From Octopus bimaculoides (Eukaryota): a DNA stretch of 35,278 nt. The position numbers and the translations under genes were made by a program. The notes beneath the pieces were generated by a model. The model was not told where the DNA came from and searched no databases. It saw only the letters and a list, made by a program, of their open reading frames with translations. Shown here piece after piece: positions 19,985-31,179 of the stretch; within the stretch, counting starts at the first letter, position 1; every line of letters starts with the position of its first letter. The stretch is from contig NC_068983.1 of NCBI RefSeq assembly GCF_001194135.2, positions 115,518,293 through 115,553,570 of the forward strand, given 5' to 3'.

Positions 19985-21445
19985 TAATGGCTAATTAATA
20001 CTACATCTAGTGATGGTGTCACAATAAAAACACTGGTAATTGCGCAACCTGTTAATCGCTGCCTCATATGATGGTGACAGTGTTACACCCGGTAGGCTCA
20101 GGGATTCTGGTCCAACTCCAGCCTGTCGATATCCAGAAAGGGACCACCACACACACGGCATAGATGGAGCAAGCAAATTAATGCTGTGGTCATGGAGTGT
20201 TACTACCTGAGCAGCCTGGTAGATGAAAATGGTGCTCAAATTAGGGGTTACCGACAACGTATGTATGATCATTGGAGAGAAAAGGGATTGTTTCAACTCA
20301 CAGAACAGAGACTATATGATCAAGCTAGAGCAATAAGAAAAAACTGTTGGTTCACAGAAGTAGAACTCAAAGCTATCAGAAGACGGGTCATGGAAAATAG
20401 CAGCAGAGATAATAATGAAAATACAGTTCTTACTAATAAGAGTAATCTCATAGCACAAGAAAGGAGCAGTGATAGTTTACTTGATTGAGAGACATATAAA
20501 TGATCTAAAAGAAGACAATAAAACTAATGGCGACATGACAGATGAACAAAAGGCAATCTACGACAGAAAAAAGGTAAAACTACAGGAGAACGATAGGTGT
20601 ACGATATGATCCACATTCTTGGATTATGGAGTGTATATATCTATTTGGTATTGCATCAAATGTTGAGCGATTATTTGGCAAAAGTATGGTGAAGTGGAGG
20701 ATGGACTTGACAGCATATGGAAGAAGTTTAGGGACAGTAGAAATTAAGAGGGCATCTTCCAAGGGGACTGCCTGTCCCCACTGATCTTCATACTCTGATT
20801 GATACCACTAACACTAATTCTGAGGAAAGCAAAAACAGGGTATGTATTCAAAAGCCGCCAACAAAAAGTCAACCATTTGTTATTCATGGATGACCTCAAA
20901 CTTTATGGTAAAGATGAAGCCCAAGTCAGTTCCCTCATTGATACGGTGTATACTTTCAGTGCTGATATCTGAATGGAGTTCGGACGGAAAAAGTATGGTG
21001 TGTTAGTCTTGAAGAGAGGCAAAATCAAATGTATGGACAGACTAACGATACCGTTGGTGGAGGTTATGAAGCAGATAGAAGAGATGAGCTATAAGTACTT
21101 GGGGATATTGGAAATGGATAAATTGATGGAGAAAGAAGTGACAGAAAAATTAAAGGTGGAGTACTTGCAGAGACTGAGACTGATCCTTAAGTCGAAATTA
21201 AACGGACAGAACAAGATCGAAGCTATCAACACCTGGGCGGTTTCACTCCTTAGATATGGAGCAGGGGTATTCACATGGACAGTAGACAAACTAAACAGCT
21301 TAGACAGAAAGACAAGGAAGTTGCTAACTAGATATGGGTCATTCCACCCAAAAAGTGACACAGACAGTTTGTCAGTACCAACAAAAAAAGGGGATGAGGA
21401 CTGATTGGATGCGCACACAGCATTAGAGCAGAAGAAAACAACATA
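19985..21445 (+). mobile_element. Dong/R4-like LINE copy C, internally deleted, opposite orientation to A and B
   Basis: RHRWSKQINAVVMECYY..GYRQRMYDHW..EQRLYDQARAIRKNCWFTEVELKAIRRR (20186-20488), then after a deletion IFQGDCLSPL, NHLLFMDDLKLYG and KSKLNGQNKIEAINTWAVSLLRYGAG..LDRKTRKLLT. Confidence 0.88.
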
Positions 21446-21449
21446 GCAT

Positions 21450-21718
21450 GGTAAGGAACGAGGTGTTGGAGCCACACGAGAGGCCCAGGTGACGGAGGTG
21501 CAACAGGGTAACAAAGTCACCATTCGGTTTCTGGTAGATGAACAGGGGCGCGAATTACTCGAGCCAAGTAAAATGTGTGAGGCCTTTCAACAGCTGAGGA
21601 GCATCCCGTGAGAATTGGGATGTGGGATGAGCATGTCCACATATGCGGACGATGTCACTGTCATAGTGTTTAGCCAGAAGCACATCGAACTGGTCAGCAA
21701 GACACTGAAAGACTACTT
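21450..21718 (+). mobile_element. Tx1/L1-like RT fragments (deleted)
   Basis: REAQVTEVQQGNKVTIRFLVDEQGRELLEPSKMCEAFQQ joined to SMSTYADDVTVIV (YADD catalytic motif). Confidence 0.7.
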
Positions 21719-21724
21719 TATGCT

Positions 21725-23090
21725 CACAAGTTCAGAAATAGGAGATAAGAATGCTTCTAATTCAGGAGACAAAGCTTCTATAGCTGCAAATATTCTCGTG
21801 TTGCATTCATTAAAGCGACTTTGAAGTTCTCCAATTCTGATATAAAAAAATACTATTGTATGTACGAATAACAAGTACATATTTTATAATCAGAAACTTC
21901 ATGACCTAGCGTTGAAATCATTACTGATCAATTGTAAAGAAAGGGGTATCAAAGTGACGAATGTCATCATTTATCTGATCCAAAGCATCTTTCATAAGTT
22001 GTATAATTTCATTTTACATCATAACAGTTGTGTACGACGCATTTTTGGTACCGTTCAAAATATGCTTTTTTTTTCCAATTTGGAATCTTTTGTAGGGGTA
22101 TATTAAAAAGCCGTAAAAATAGTTCAGAATCTTCATTTTCATTATCATTGCCAAGACAGGCGATATTTTTAGTGAAATCACTCTGAAATGCAAGTTCATT
22201 AACGCATAAAAATGGAATCACTTNNNNNNNNNNNNNNNNNNNNNNNNNNNNNNNNNNNNNNNNNNNNNNNNNNNNNNNNNNNNNNNNNNNNNNNNNNNNN
22301 NNNNNNNNNNNNNNNNNNNNNNNNNNNNNNNNNNNNNNNNNNNNNNNNNNNNNNNNNNNNNNNNNNNNNNNNNNNNNNNNNNNNNNNNNNNNNNNNNNNN
22401 NNNNNNNNNNNNNNNNNNNNNNNNNNNNNNNNNNNNNNNNNNNNNNNNNNNNNNNNNNNNNNNNNNNNNNNNNNNNNNNNNNNNNNNNNNNNNNNNNNNN
22501 NNNNNNNNNNNNNNNNNNNNNNNNNNNNNNNNNNNNNNNNNNNNNNNNNNNNNNNNNNNNNNNNNNNNNNNNNNNNNNNNNNNNNNNNNNNNNNNNNNNN
22601 NNNNNNNNNNNNNNNNNNNNNNNNNNNNNNNNNNNNNNNNNNNNNNNNNNNNNNNNNTAAAATACACCATTTCAAGCGTGGCCGTTGCCAGTACCGCTGG
22701 ACTGGCCCTCGTGCCGGTGGCACGTAAAAGCACCCACTACACTCTCGGAGTGGTTGGCGTTAGGAAGGGCATCCAGCTGTAGAAACTCTGCCAAATCAGA
22801 CTGGAGCCTGGTGTTGCCTCCTGGTCCACCAGTCCTCAGTCAAATCGTCCAACCCATGCTAGCATGGAAAGCGGACGTTAAATGACGACGATCTGCCATT
22901 GAACCACGAAGCACAGAAGTCTGGGTTTTTCATTTTTTTTTTTTTTCACCGTATTGTTTTAGTTGATATGGAATCATTACCGTACTGTTTTGGTTGACAT
23001 GGCATCATCCAAATAAATCAAATTTGGGAAACACATCAAGTTCTGCAGGTTGTATAACACCAGCTAGTAAAGCAGTTAAAGGATGGTGTA
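21725..23090 (-). mobile_element. hAT transposase relic (ZMYM1-like, TTF-type zinc finger / DUF4371 type), split by a SINE and an N gap
   Basis: Minus strand: QPAELDVFPK (about 23020-23052), DFCASWFNGRS (22899-22931), VNELAFQ..ELFLRLF, GTKNASYTTVMM*NEIIQLMKDALDQINDDIRHFDTPFFTID (cf. KNAKYTSPDIQNEII..PFFSIIAD) and IGELQSRFNECNTRIFAAIEALSP (21764-21835). Confidence 0.8.
22680..22898 (+). mobile_element. SINE-like repeat family 4 (RTE-type tail), inserted into the hAT relic
   Basis: GGCCGTTGCCAGTACCG..GTTAGGAAGGGCATCCAGCTGTAGAAAC..CCAACCCATGCTAGCATGGAAAGCGGACGTTAAA. Second copy at 31826-32045. Confidence 0.9.
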
Positions 23091-23554
23091 ATGTTGCAGA
23101 TCCAATTAACTATGGTTGATTTGAAATGGAAGAAATCTTCTCAGTTTCAATTTCGCAGGTTTTTGGAAGTTTTAGAATTTCTGACTGAAAACATAGACAA
23201 GATTGATCTTTGTCGTTCCATTGCCCTTTAATTTGAATAGAATACAATTTTTTTTTTAGATGAGGCAAATAAGTTAAAATTGCTTTAAAGAAAAGCAAAT
23301 TATTAATAGTCTTTGAAAAATATAGTGTTATGGGATTAGCTGAAATGTCTGTTTGAACACCATATTTTAAGCTGTTGCTAGATTTCAATAGGAGAGATAT
23401 GTTATGATTCAAGTTGTGAGGGCAAAATACGACTATGAAATATATGCAGTACTTCGTCCCTTTTTCGATGACAATCGAAGAAAGGACGTCAAATTCTCAC
23501 TGCTAAAGAAAAGTGTTTCAAAGTGCAAGTAATTAATTTCTATATCACTCGTTA

Positions 23555-23765
23555 CATGTATGTGTGTGTGTGTGTGTTTGTAGGCGTATGTGTACATATA
23601 CGTATATGTGTGTTCATATATATAAATGCGTTTGTTTGTGTATGTGTGTTTGTCGGCGTATGTGTATATATATATATGCATGTGTATGTTCATATACATA
23701 TATGTGTGTGTTTGTAGGCGTATATGCGTGTGCTCATATACATATATGCGTTTGTGTGTGTGCTG
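23555..23765. repeat. Microsatellite-derived minisatellite, 3 units anchored on TTTGT(A/C)GGCGTAT
   Basis: Anchors at 23577, 23649 and 23711. Confidence 0.8.
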
Positions 23766-24539
23766 AATGTTGTTTTTTTGTTTACGGAACAGTTGAGTAG
23801 CATCGTTTCTTTTTATCTGGGGTGTTTAATTGATCAGTATTTTTTGTGGAATGTTAAAGTGGTTAGTATGTGGTCTAAAGGACGTCACTGCGAACAGTAA
23901 CCCCACCACAAAAAAGTGTGTGTGTGTGTGTGTGCAGATGGGATTAGAATCAGTATTGATAAAGTGTAAATGAATGAATAAATATGTGTATGTGTGTGCG
24001 TGTATGTAGGTACATATGTACACGTATTCTTGTGTGTATCAGCAGTCTATAAATCTTCGTTTCATCAGCACTATTTGTGGTTTTATTTTTTATTGGTGCT
24101 GTTGTTGTTATTACTTATTGTTGTTGTCGTTATCGAAGATGTTTTCGCTTTTGCCTTTTTTTTTTCATTCAGAATCATTTCTTCATCTTATCATTTCCTT
24201 GGGGAATTTTTAACCAGTCTTTTTGGTTCATCTTGTTTTAAAATAAATATTTTCGTTCTGGTTAAGAAGAAAAGTTAGTTATACTTCAAGAAACTATTTA
24301 TTAACAACAGAGGCTCTGTTCACAGAAGTATAACACCCAGTCCAATATTTATCCCCACTTACACGTGGATGTTCTTTTACAACAAACTATGCTGCGGTAG
24401 TTATCATGAAAAACTCTCACATTGGCTTTTGGTGCACAGTGCAAAGTATTGAAACACTTAGTAACAGTACGTTTACAAACAATAAGACTAAAAGGTGGGA
24501 ATTAACAGTCGACGAAATTTCATCTCAGGATCGATAAGA

Positions 24540-25112
24540 ATTAAATCAAAGTGGATTGGCAGAATTATTAGAGCCCTTTGACAAAAATGTTTTTGTAGTA
24601 TTTAGTTACGGTACAGAGTTCAAATCCCCCTTAGGTCAGATTTTCCTTTCATGCTTGCGGGATAAAAAAATAGAGAACCGGTCAAAAAATGGAATCGATA
24701 TTATTGACTAGGTGGAGGCGCAATGGCCCAGCGGTTAGGGCAGCGGACACGCGGTCATAGGATCGCGGTTTCGATTCCCAGACCGGGCGTTGTGAGTGTT
24801 TATTGAGCGAAAACACCTAAAGCTCCACGTGGTTCCGGCACTTTCTCTCACTCTTGCTTCCTGTTTCTGTTGTACCTGTATTTCAAAGGGCCAGCCTTGT
24901 CACACTGTGTCACGCTGAATATCCCCGAGAACTACGTTAAAGGTACACGTGTCTGTGGAGTGCTCAGCCACTTGCACGTTAATTTCACGAGCAGCCTGTT
25001 CCGTTGATCGGATCAACTGGAACCCCCGACGTCGTAAGCGACGGAGTGCCAACAATTATCGACTAATCTCTTCGCCCAAGTTGCTGGCCTTGTGCTTTAA
25101 TTAGAAAAGAAT
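24540..25112 (+). mobile_element. Old SINE family 3 copy interrupted by a family 2 SINE
   Basis: 5' part TTGGCAGAATT..GAGTTCAAATCC..TTTCATGC..AATCGATAT at 24555-24710. 3' part ATCGACTAA..TTGCTGGCCTTGTG at 25058-25112. Confidence 0.65.
24711..25054 (+). mobile_element. Full-length tRNA-derived SINE family 2 with target-site duplication
   Basis: tRNA-like head GGAGGCGCAATGGCCCAGCGGTTAGG..GGTTTCGATTCCC. TSD ATTATTGACTA (24700-24710) / ATTATCGACTA (25055-25065). Confidence 0.9.
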
Positions 25113-26288
25113 TTTTCAGGTTCAATCCACGCCCACCTCCATTATTTTCTACTGCTTTTGCTTGGCTCTGTTTGTTATTGTTTAGAAATATGCTGTTCTG
25201 GATTCAGACGAAAATTAGAATAACATTCACATAGCCATGAAAATGAACCGATCAAGCAGTCATAATTGCGCCAGGTGCTATCAACTTCAGCACCAAAACG
25301 AAGATTCGTACCTTTAAAGTTAAATAAAAACATAAAATGAAGAACAAAAAACAACAAATGTTAAAAATGCGGAATATCGGTTTACACTGCAGTGTCTTAT
25401 GCAATAACATACATCGTGTTTATATAATGACGTATATTTGTTTTTTGTTTACTGTAACATCTATAATTATATCATTGTTTTACTAATTCCTTTGCTTATA
25501 TTGTTCATTTGCTTTCGTAAATAGTATTCTTGAGTAGTTTTATAATTAATTGTTTATAATTCTCAACAACCAACATTTATAACAATTTCCTTTATTAAAA
25601 AAAAAATCATTTTTCATCTATTGTATATAAAACAAGAACTGGGTAACTGCTATTTTTTATTAGACCACGAGCCAAATTAAATCTCTGAGTAAAAATAAAT
25701 AAATAAATAAATACAGAGTCTGGGGATATGGTTTAAAATATAATTATTAAAAAGTAAAATTACTCTCCGTAAAAGTTCATTAATGTATTGTCTTCTGTTA
25801 CCCTTAGAATGTCTTTTAGGAACTGAAACTACTTTATTTATATATATATATATATATTCATACAAGACCGTCATGTCTCTGTTTTCATATTTTCAAGTGT
25901 AAACAAAGTCAGATCTATTTATAGTTTAATTTCTTCCCTCCTACCTCTCTCTCTCACACACTCTCTGCTTATCTCTGTTACTGGTTCCAAGATGATACAA
26001 ACTTAGTTGAAGTATCAACTGGCAGACGATGAACTGAGTTACGTCCCTTCTTGTAGGGGGCACTGACGCTTGTTTATTGAAAACAGAAAGCTTGAGAAAA
26101 TGTCGAGGTACAACCAAGTACCTCAGCTGATTTTTATTTATTAATTTGATAATTCTGTTTTGTACACAAATATTGTGATTGACAACGAAAGTTGTAACCA
26201 TACAAAAGCTATTTAGTACGGTGGTACATAAAATAGAAAAACAGAAATCCGAATTTTTGTTTTTTTTTTCTTCCTCCTGACATTAGTC

Positions 26289-26465
26289 ATGTCGACAACC
26301 TGGATTTCTGGTCTGTTTACTGAACAGACAAAATTAAAGGCTTGTCGTTACCTTCTTCATCATTATCTTGGCGAATTACTCAAAGACAATGTATCCCTTG
26401 AACAGCTTAGTGTCGATATATTTAAAGGGAAAGGAACCATTGAACACCTTAGTCTGGATGAAGAG
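26289..26465 (+). CDS. ATG2: Autophagy-related protein 2, first coding exon (Chorein_N domain), 59 codons, phase-0 intron
   Basis: MSTTWISGLFTEQTKLKACRYLLHHYLGELLKDNVSLEQLSVDIFKGKGTIEHLSLDEE matches the ATG2A/B N-terminus (CRYLLxxYLG..LSLEQLSLDLYxG). Donor GAG|GTAAAA at 26466. No second exon recognised in the window. Confidence 0.92.
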
Positions 26466-27134
26466 GTAAAAAAGCTACGTCTATTCTCTTCCAATGTTTT
26501 TACTTTGTTTGTTATGGAATGCTTGTCGAGATCTTTGGAACGAAATCGGAGTTACTTTCCAGTGGGATTTCCCTCAATTAATTAATAATCTCGCACAGAA
26601 TCAAGAAAAACCAATGATTCGTAGTTAAATGTCTAATTATTTAATAATAATCGCTTATATTTATTGTTTTGTTTTAGGAATTCAACAACTAATGCAGATT
26701 TTTATGCTTTGTGTTTTTGTTTTTTTAAAGATATAATTTCGCTTCCATTAACTTACATATGTAAAGTTGTTGTATAAATTATTCATAATCTCTTTGGTTG
26801 TCTTATCAAACTTGTAGATTTATTTTTTATTTTCTTTGTTAAAAACTGACACAATTGTTGCGTAAGAATACAAAGAAAATACTGCCTTGTTTTCTGCTGA
26901 AATATCAAAACAAAATAAATGGTTCACCAGTCAGTACCAAGTTGATGTCAGTGTCCTGGCGTCGAGGCCATCATTGATCTACAAAACAAATATATTTTTA
27001 TCCAATCACCTGTACTTCATATGTTGGTACTAACAAAGTGGTTCGGTAATCAACTTTTCAGTGCCCTAGGACCGAATTGCTTTTTACCTCTATTCTTTTC
27101 CGTCATAGCTTCCTAGTTGTTGTTTAACCCAAAG

Positions 27135-27482
27135 TCAACTCTGAACAAGCAAACCTATGAATAAAGACGCTCCAGCTGTGACCATCCCAGCTTTTCGTAC
27201 TCCCAGACTCATGTTGTCTAAGTTGTCGTTCCTTTTTAACGTGATACGGTGTGCATTGATAAAGATTTGGTTGCTATTTCTAGTAGGCCGAATAGTCGTG
27301 TACAGGCCACGTCTATCATAGCGAGTTTTGATCGGCCTCTGGCAGTTTGTCAGCTTATATTTTCTGCCAGTCATGAGAACCACCTCCTGTGGCGATAACC
27401 TTAGGAAGCCAACGAAGGAGCCTCTCTGGTCGTTCAAACTGCTAAAAGTAACAATCAACTCTCTTAAATCGTTGCTCTCGTC
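27135..27482 (-). other. Unassigned stop-free frame of about 115 codons, antisense within the ATG2 intron
   Basis: DESNDLRELIVTFSSLNDQRGSFVGFLRLSPQEVVLMTGRKYKL..GLLVQS*. Non-repetitive and GC-richer than its flanks, preceded by TTTTTATTAAG (possible acceptor). No family recognised. Confidence 0.3.
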
Positions 27483-27714
27483 TTAATAAAAAGGAAGGGC
27501 ACCTCAAATAATGTAGTCTGAGATGCATTGTATGACTAAAAACTGGGTGAACATGTCCGTAACACTTTTTGTCATAAGTTTGCTCAAACTGTCTTGACCT
27601 GGGGCTAAACGACGACGACAGCAACAACATTTACTGCAGTGATACTCTATTGACTTACTGGTGGAGATCAATATCTAAAATAATTATATTTCCGCATTTT
27701 AAATTTACATTTTA

Positions 27715-27950
27715 TTCTTGCTTTTCCGTGCTTACGTGGGTTGGACGAGTCTTCTCCAGTACTTGTCGCAGTCCTTTATCAACTTCTTTGTGAAATACAA
27801 CGTTCTGAGATCAGTTTTCATCCCATATTTTTTGCAGATTTCTTTAGATTGCTTGGCACTTCTTTACTCATCTGTCATCCTTGATACACATCACATGTCC
27901 ATACCAGTGGAGTAGCATCAGCTTTAGGCATTAGCTAAGCATGACACAGC
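27715..27950 (-). mobile_element. RTE-like LINE 3' end
   Basis: Minus strand LHWYGHVMCIKDD and DLRTLYFTK, then tail CTCGTCCAACCCACGTAAGCACGGAAAAGC. Confidence 0.75.
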
Positions 27951-28398
27951 TTAGGACCTCACAGTATAGAGGAGCCAAAGGCAAAATATGTTTTCAGTTT
28001 TTGTTAGACCTTCTGCATTTGGAACTATAAGGGAGTATTCTCTCGTACATTGCAACTGGTTCTTCTACCTTCTTTTCTATCAACTTATTTGCACTCCTTT
28101 GTTTCTACTGACAAATGTTACACCCCCCAGAATATAATTTCATTTCTTGACTGCCTTAGTTCATTCTATGCATTCATTGCCAATGTTTTGCTAACCATGC
28201 AACTTGTATGCAAGAATCAAACAATTTCATTATTTCCAGCAATTTCTGTATGTGGTGGGTAGGGAAAAAAATTTTGATTAACCTAATTTTAGTAAACATT
28301 TGTTCATTTGTGTAGATTGTTGTTGAGTGACCACACCTGGAATTGCTGAAACTTTTCTCACTAGTAGCAAGATTGCTCATTCTACACTGAGAAAGAAA

Positions 28399-28615
28399 AA
28401 AAAATTATATCTTTCTACCAACTTGATCTCTGCTGTCCAGTTAACAAAATATTTCCATTGGGAATAATGGTTATTTAGCAGTTGAAACTGAAGGTGAAGA
28501 TACCAAAATACAAAATAACTGTGGAACACACATGAAACCATCTCAAGAAATGTTATTGAAAGTTTATCCTAGCCTTTCACAGAATTATAAGAACAATCAG
28601 TGGCTTTATGAAGAG
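28399..28615 (+). mobile_element. Helitron PIF1-like helicase relic
   Basis: KKLYLSTN..SAVQ, frameshift, then IGNNGYLAVETEG..IQNNCGTHMKPSQEMLLKVYPSLSQNYKNNQWLYE. Compare Helitron helicase LxLTTNMR..IGNG..ELIxxVFPNxxxNYKNHxWLxERAIL. Confidence 0.7.
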
Positions 28616-28689
28616 AACTCCCTAAAATTGCATTGCACAGGATATTTATATTATCATCATTCAACAAGTACTAATCCACACTATAATTG

Positions 28690-31040
28690 TCATTAACGCT
28701 GAAACCTAGTAAATTTGACAGTAGTTTGGGCAAAGTTGAACTTAATGGGATTCAGAACGATGCCATTGGCATTGTGGATATCGAGCCATTGGACAGCCTG
28801 AAAGAATGCTTCCTCAATGGTGTTCAACCACATCAAGGTGTCGTTGATGCACTTCATATTCTGGGGGATGCTTGAGACAGTTTTGTTGAACCATTGGCTG
28901 TAGCCATTCCCTGAAGCATTTATCCTTGTGATGTAACACAATAGCAGAAGTGACTCCAGGGCATGATGAAGGGGGTTAGGTGGCAGTCCCTCTCATTGAG
29001 GGCGATGCTGTGGTAGCTGTTCCAAGTGTTAAAGACAGTTTTTTGGGTGTGTAGCAGTACAGAGTGGGCTTGGTGGAATGGGGATCAGGTATAATGTGTC
29101 TCGCAGACTGTGTGTCAGTTGAGAGACTGAAGTCCAACAGTCCGTCAAGGTTTTCCAGACTTCTTGGGGCATACCACCATTCTGTGGCAGCAGGTGACAG
29201 GTGTGCCAATGGGGACAGGCTCGATAACTCCCAAGTTGAACATTGTGATCAAGACCTGCTTTCATTTCTTCTTGCCAGTGAACCAGGACTGGTATGGGTG
29301 TATGGTGGGTGACTGGTTTAGAATCAGGGTCTACTATTAAGCGGATCGGTGGGCCAGACATCTTGGGGAGTTGCTGTTGTTCACAGACGTTGAATGTGCT
29401 GGAGTTGTAGTATTCTAGCAGCCACTTCTCCAGGTGATCATGGTTCTCAGTGGCCGGGAATGGTAGTGAAGTGGGATGAGGGGGTGGTATTTGTCCTAGA
29501 GGGCAGCTGCATACATTCTACGTCATCGTTGCTGGAGATATTTCCAGCAAGGTGTCAACATTCCCACAGCTTTCTCCAATCATGTGGAGGAATCATCCTG
29601 AGGATGACACTGGCTTGCTTGGAGAGGAAAAGTTTGTCAGTTGAAGGAATGATATAGATGATTTGACAGGTCATGCACTTCACAGAGAATGGAGCAGTCC
29701 CAGATATGCCTAGGGTCAGAGCACCAATGATATCTATGAGGCTGCTGTTAGTGGTAGTCATTTTCATGTTGACCAGTATAAGATGGCACTAGTCCAAATC
29801 CAGTTTGGATAGGAGACTTGTCCCAGCTAGTCATGACTGGCATCCAGTGTCTGCCATAGCATTGTGACAGCTGCAGTCGGTCATGAAAGAGAAGTGGGGA
29901 AGCCCAATGCCTTCATGTCAGCTGGGTTGGCTTGAATGAAGGTAGTGACAAAGGGATGGGGGTCGGAAGAGCATTTTCACCTAGACATCGCAGAGTTCAT
30001 TGTATACATGGTGGTCAAGAATTATTGCTTGGGTAGAGGATTCGTCTGGGAGGTCAACCACAAGGCATAGGCTGTTGAATATTGTAGTTGTGTGGTCTTC
30101 CATGTCAGCTGCGTTGGTTTGAGCCTGTTGCTGGGGATGGCATTGTTGGTAGCAGACATTCTCATAGTGGTGCTAGATGCCATATGTAGCACACTTGTGG
30201 TTGTGGGCAGAGCATTTCCTCATGCATTTCTGTACACAACATCCATGGCTATGTTTTCCGCAGTGTGTCTGCAGGGACTAGGGGCATGTGTATCATGGGG
30301 TTCACTGGATTTATTGATCAGGTGGTGGTGCCTATATGAGTTGGAGGCCACAGTGCTTGAGGTGGTGCTGTGGCCCATGAGCTGGCTGGCTGAGTGTGTT
30401 CTACTTTTGCTTCGACGTACTCCAGGGCTTCTTCAAGGGTCATGTCTTGCTTGGAGTCACCCAGGATGTCAAGGCAGATTTCCTCATCCTCCAACCTATG
30501 AATGAGACCATTGTGGACTATGATGTCACTGCAATCAACCGTGGCATGGCAAGCCTCCGAGGAGCATTCCACCTTAAAGTTGCAGACACCTGCCTGCCCT
30601 TGAGGACATGCAGCGAAGGCCCTGATGGGTTCATCCTAGTCCTGGTGCATCTGTTGTGGCTGCACATGAGTGACCATGACATTTTCTTGGAGGTCAGCCA
30701 GGGAGCTAATGTGATTGAAGATTGTTTGCTCATAGCTAGAGTACAGCATGCCGTACATCTGTGTGAGATCTTTTCTGACGGTCTCATCACAGCATTCAAG
30801 AGGCTGGAAGATAACGTTGTTACCTGTAAAATGAGTGGCTTGTTTGTAGCCTGACCATCTCTGCTCAAAGTAAGCCCGCTCCTTGCTAGTTCCAGCTGTA
30901 GTGATGATAGGGTGGTGGACCTTCTCAGTTGAGACTTTCATTGGGGTGGCCAGTTGCATGACCGTCCGATTAGCAGTGATGCTATGAAGATCAATGAGGC
31001 GGGTCAGTACCTCCACTGGAGTGTTTGCAGGCTAACTCAT
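28690..31040 (-). mobile_element. Ty3/gypsy LTR retrotransposon internal region: gag, protease, RT; truncated before RNase H and integrase, decayed
   Basis: gag KVHHPIITTAGTSKERAYFEQRW..ECCDETVRKDLT..EPIRAF..GQAGVC..LEDEEI..MTLEE. Protease AMADTGCQS (DTG at 29843-29851). RT MSGPPIRLIVDP..HHTPIPV..HWQEEMKAGLD and CINDTLMW..EEAFFQAVQWLD..GIVLNP.KF (YVDD degraded). Confidence 0.9.
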
Positions 31041-31179
31041 GGCACAGTCAGGTGTGTATTTATGTAGATTGAATGAATGACAAAAAGGGTTTTCAGTATA
31101 CCTGAAATGTGAAGGAAAAGACAATGGATAATGACACAAATAGTGTCTGGCGAATTGAATGTAATTACAAGAAAATATA

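Noticed and set aside
23100-23430. Plus-strand frame with RRFLEVLEFL and FKL*GQNTT, weakly like a Charlie-type transposase, and the 100-aa minus-strand ORF
   Set aside because: Multiple stops and only vague similarity. It may be the upstream part of the minus-strand hAT, but I cannot assign it.
26466-26585. Continuation of the ATG2 ORF to 98 aa
   Set aside because: Homology ends at the GT donor at 26466; the remainder is intron read-through.
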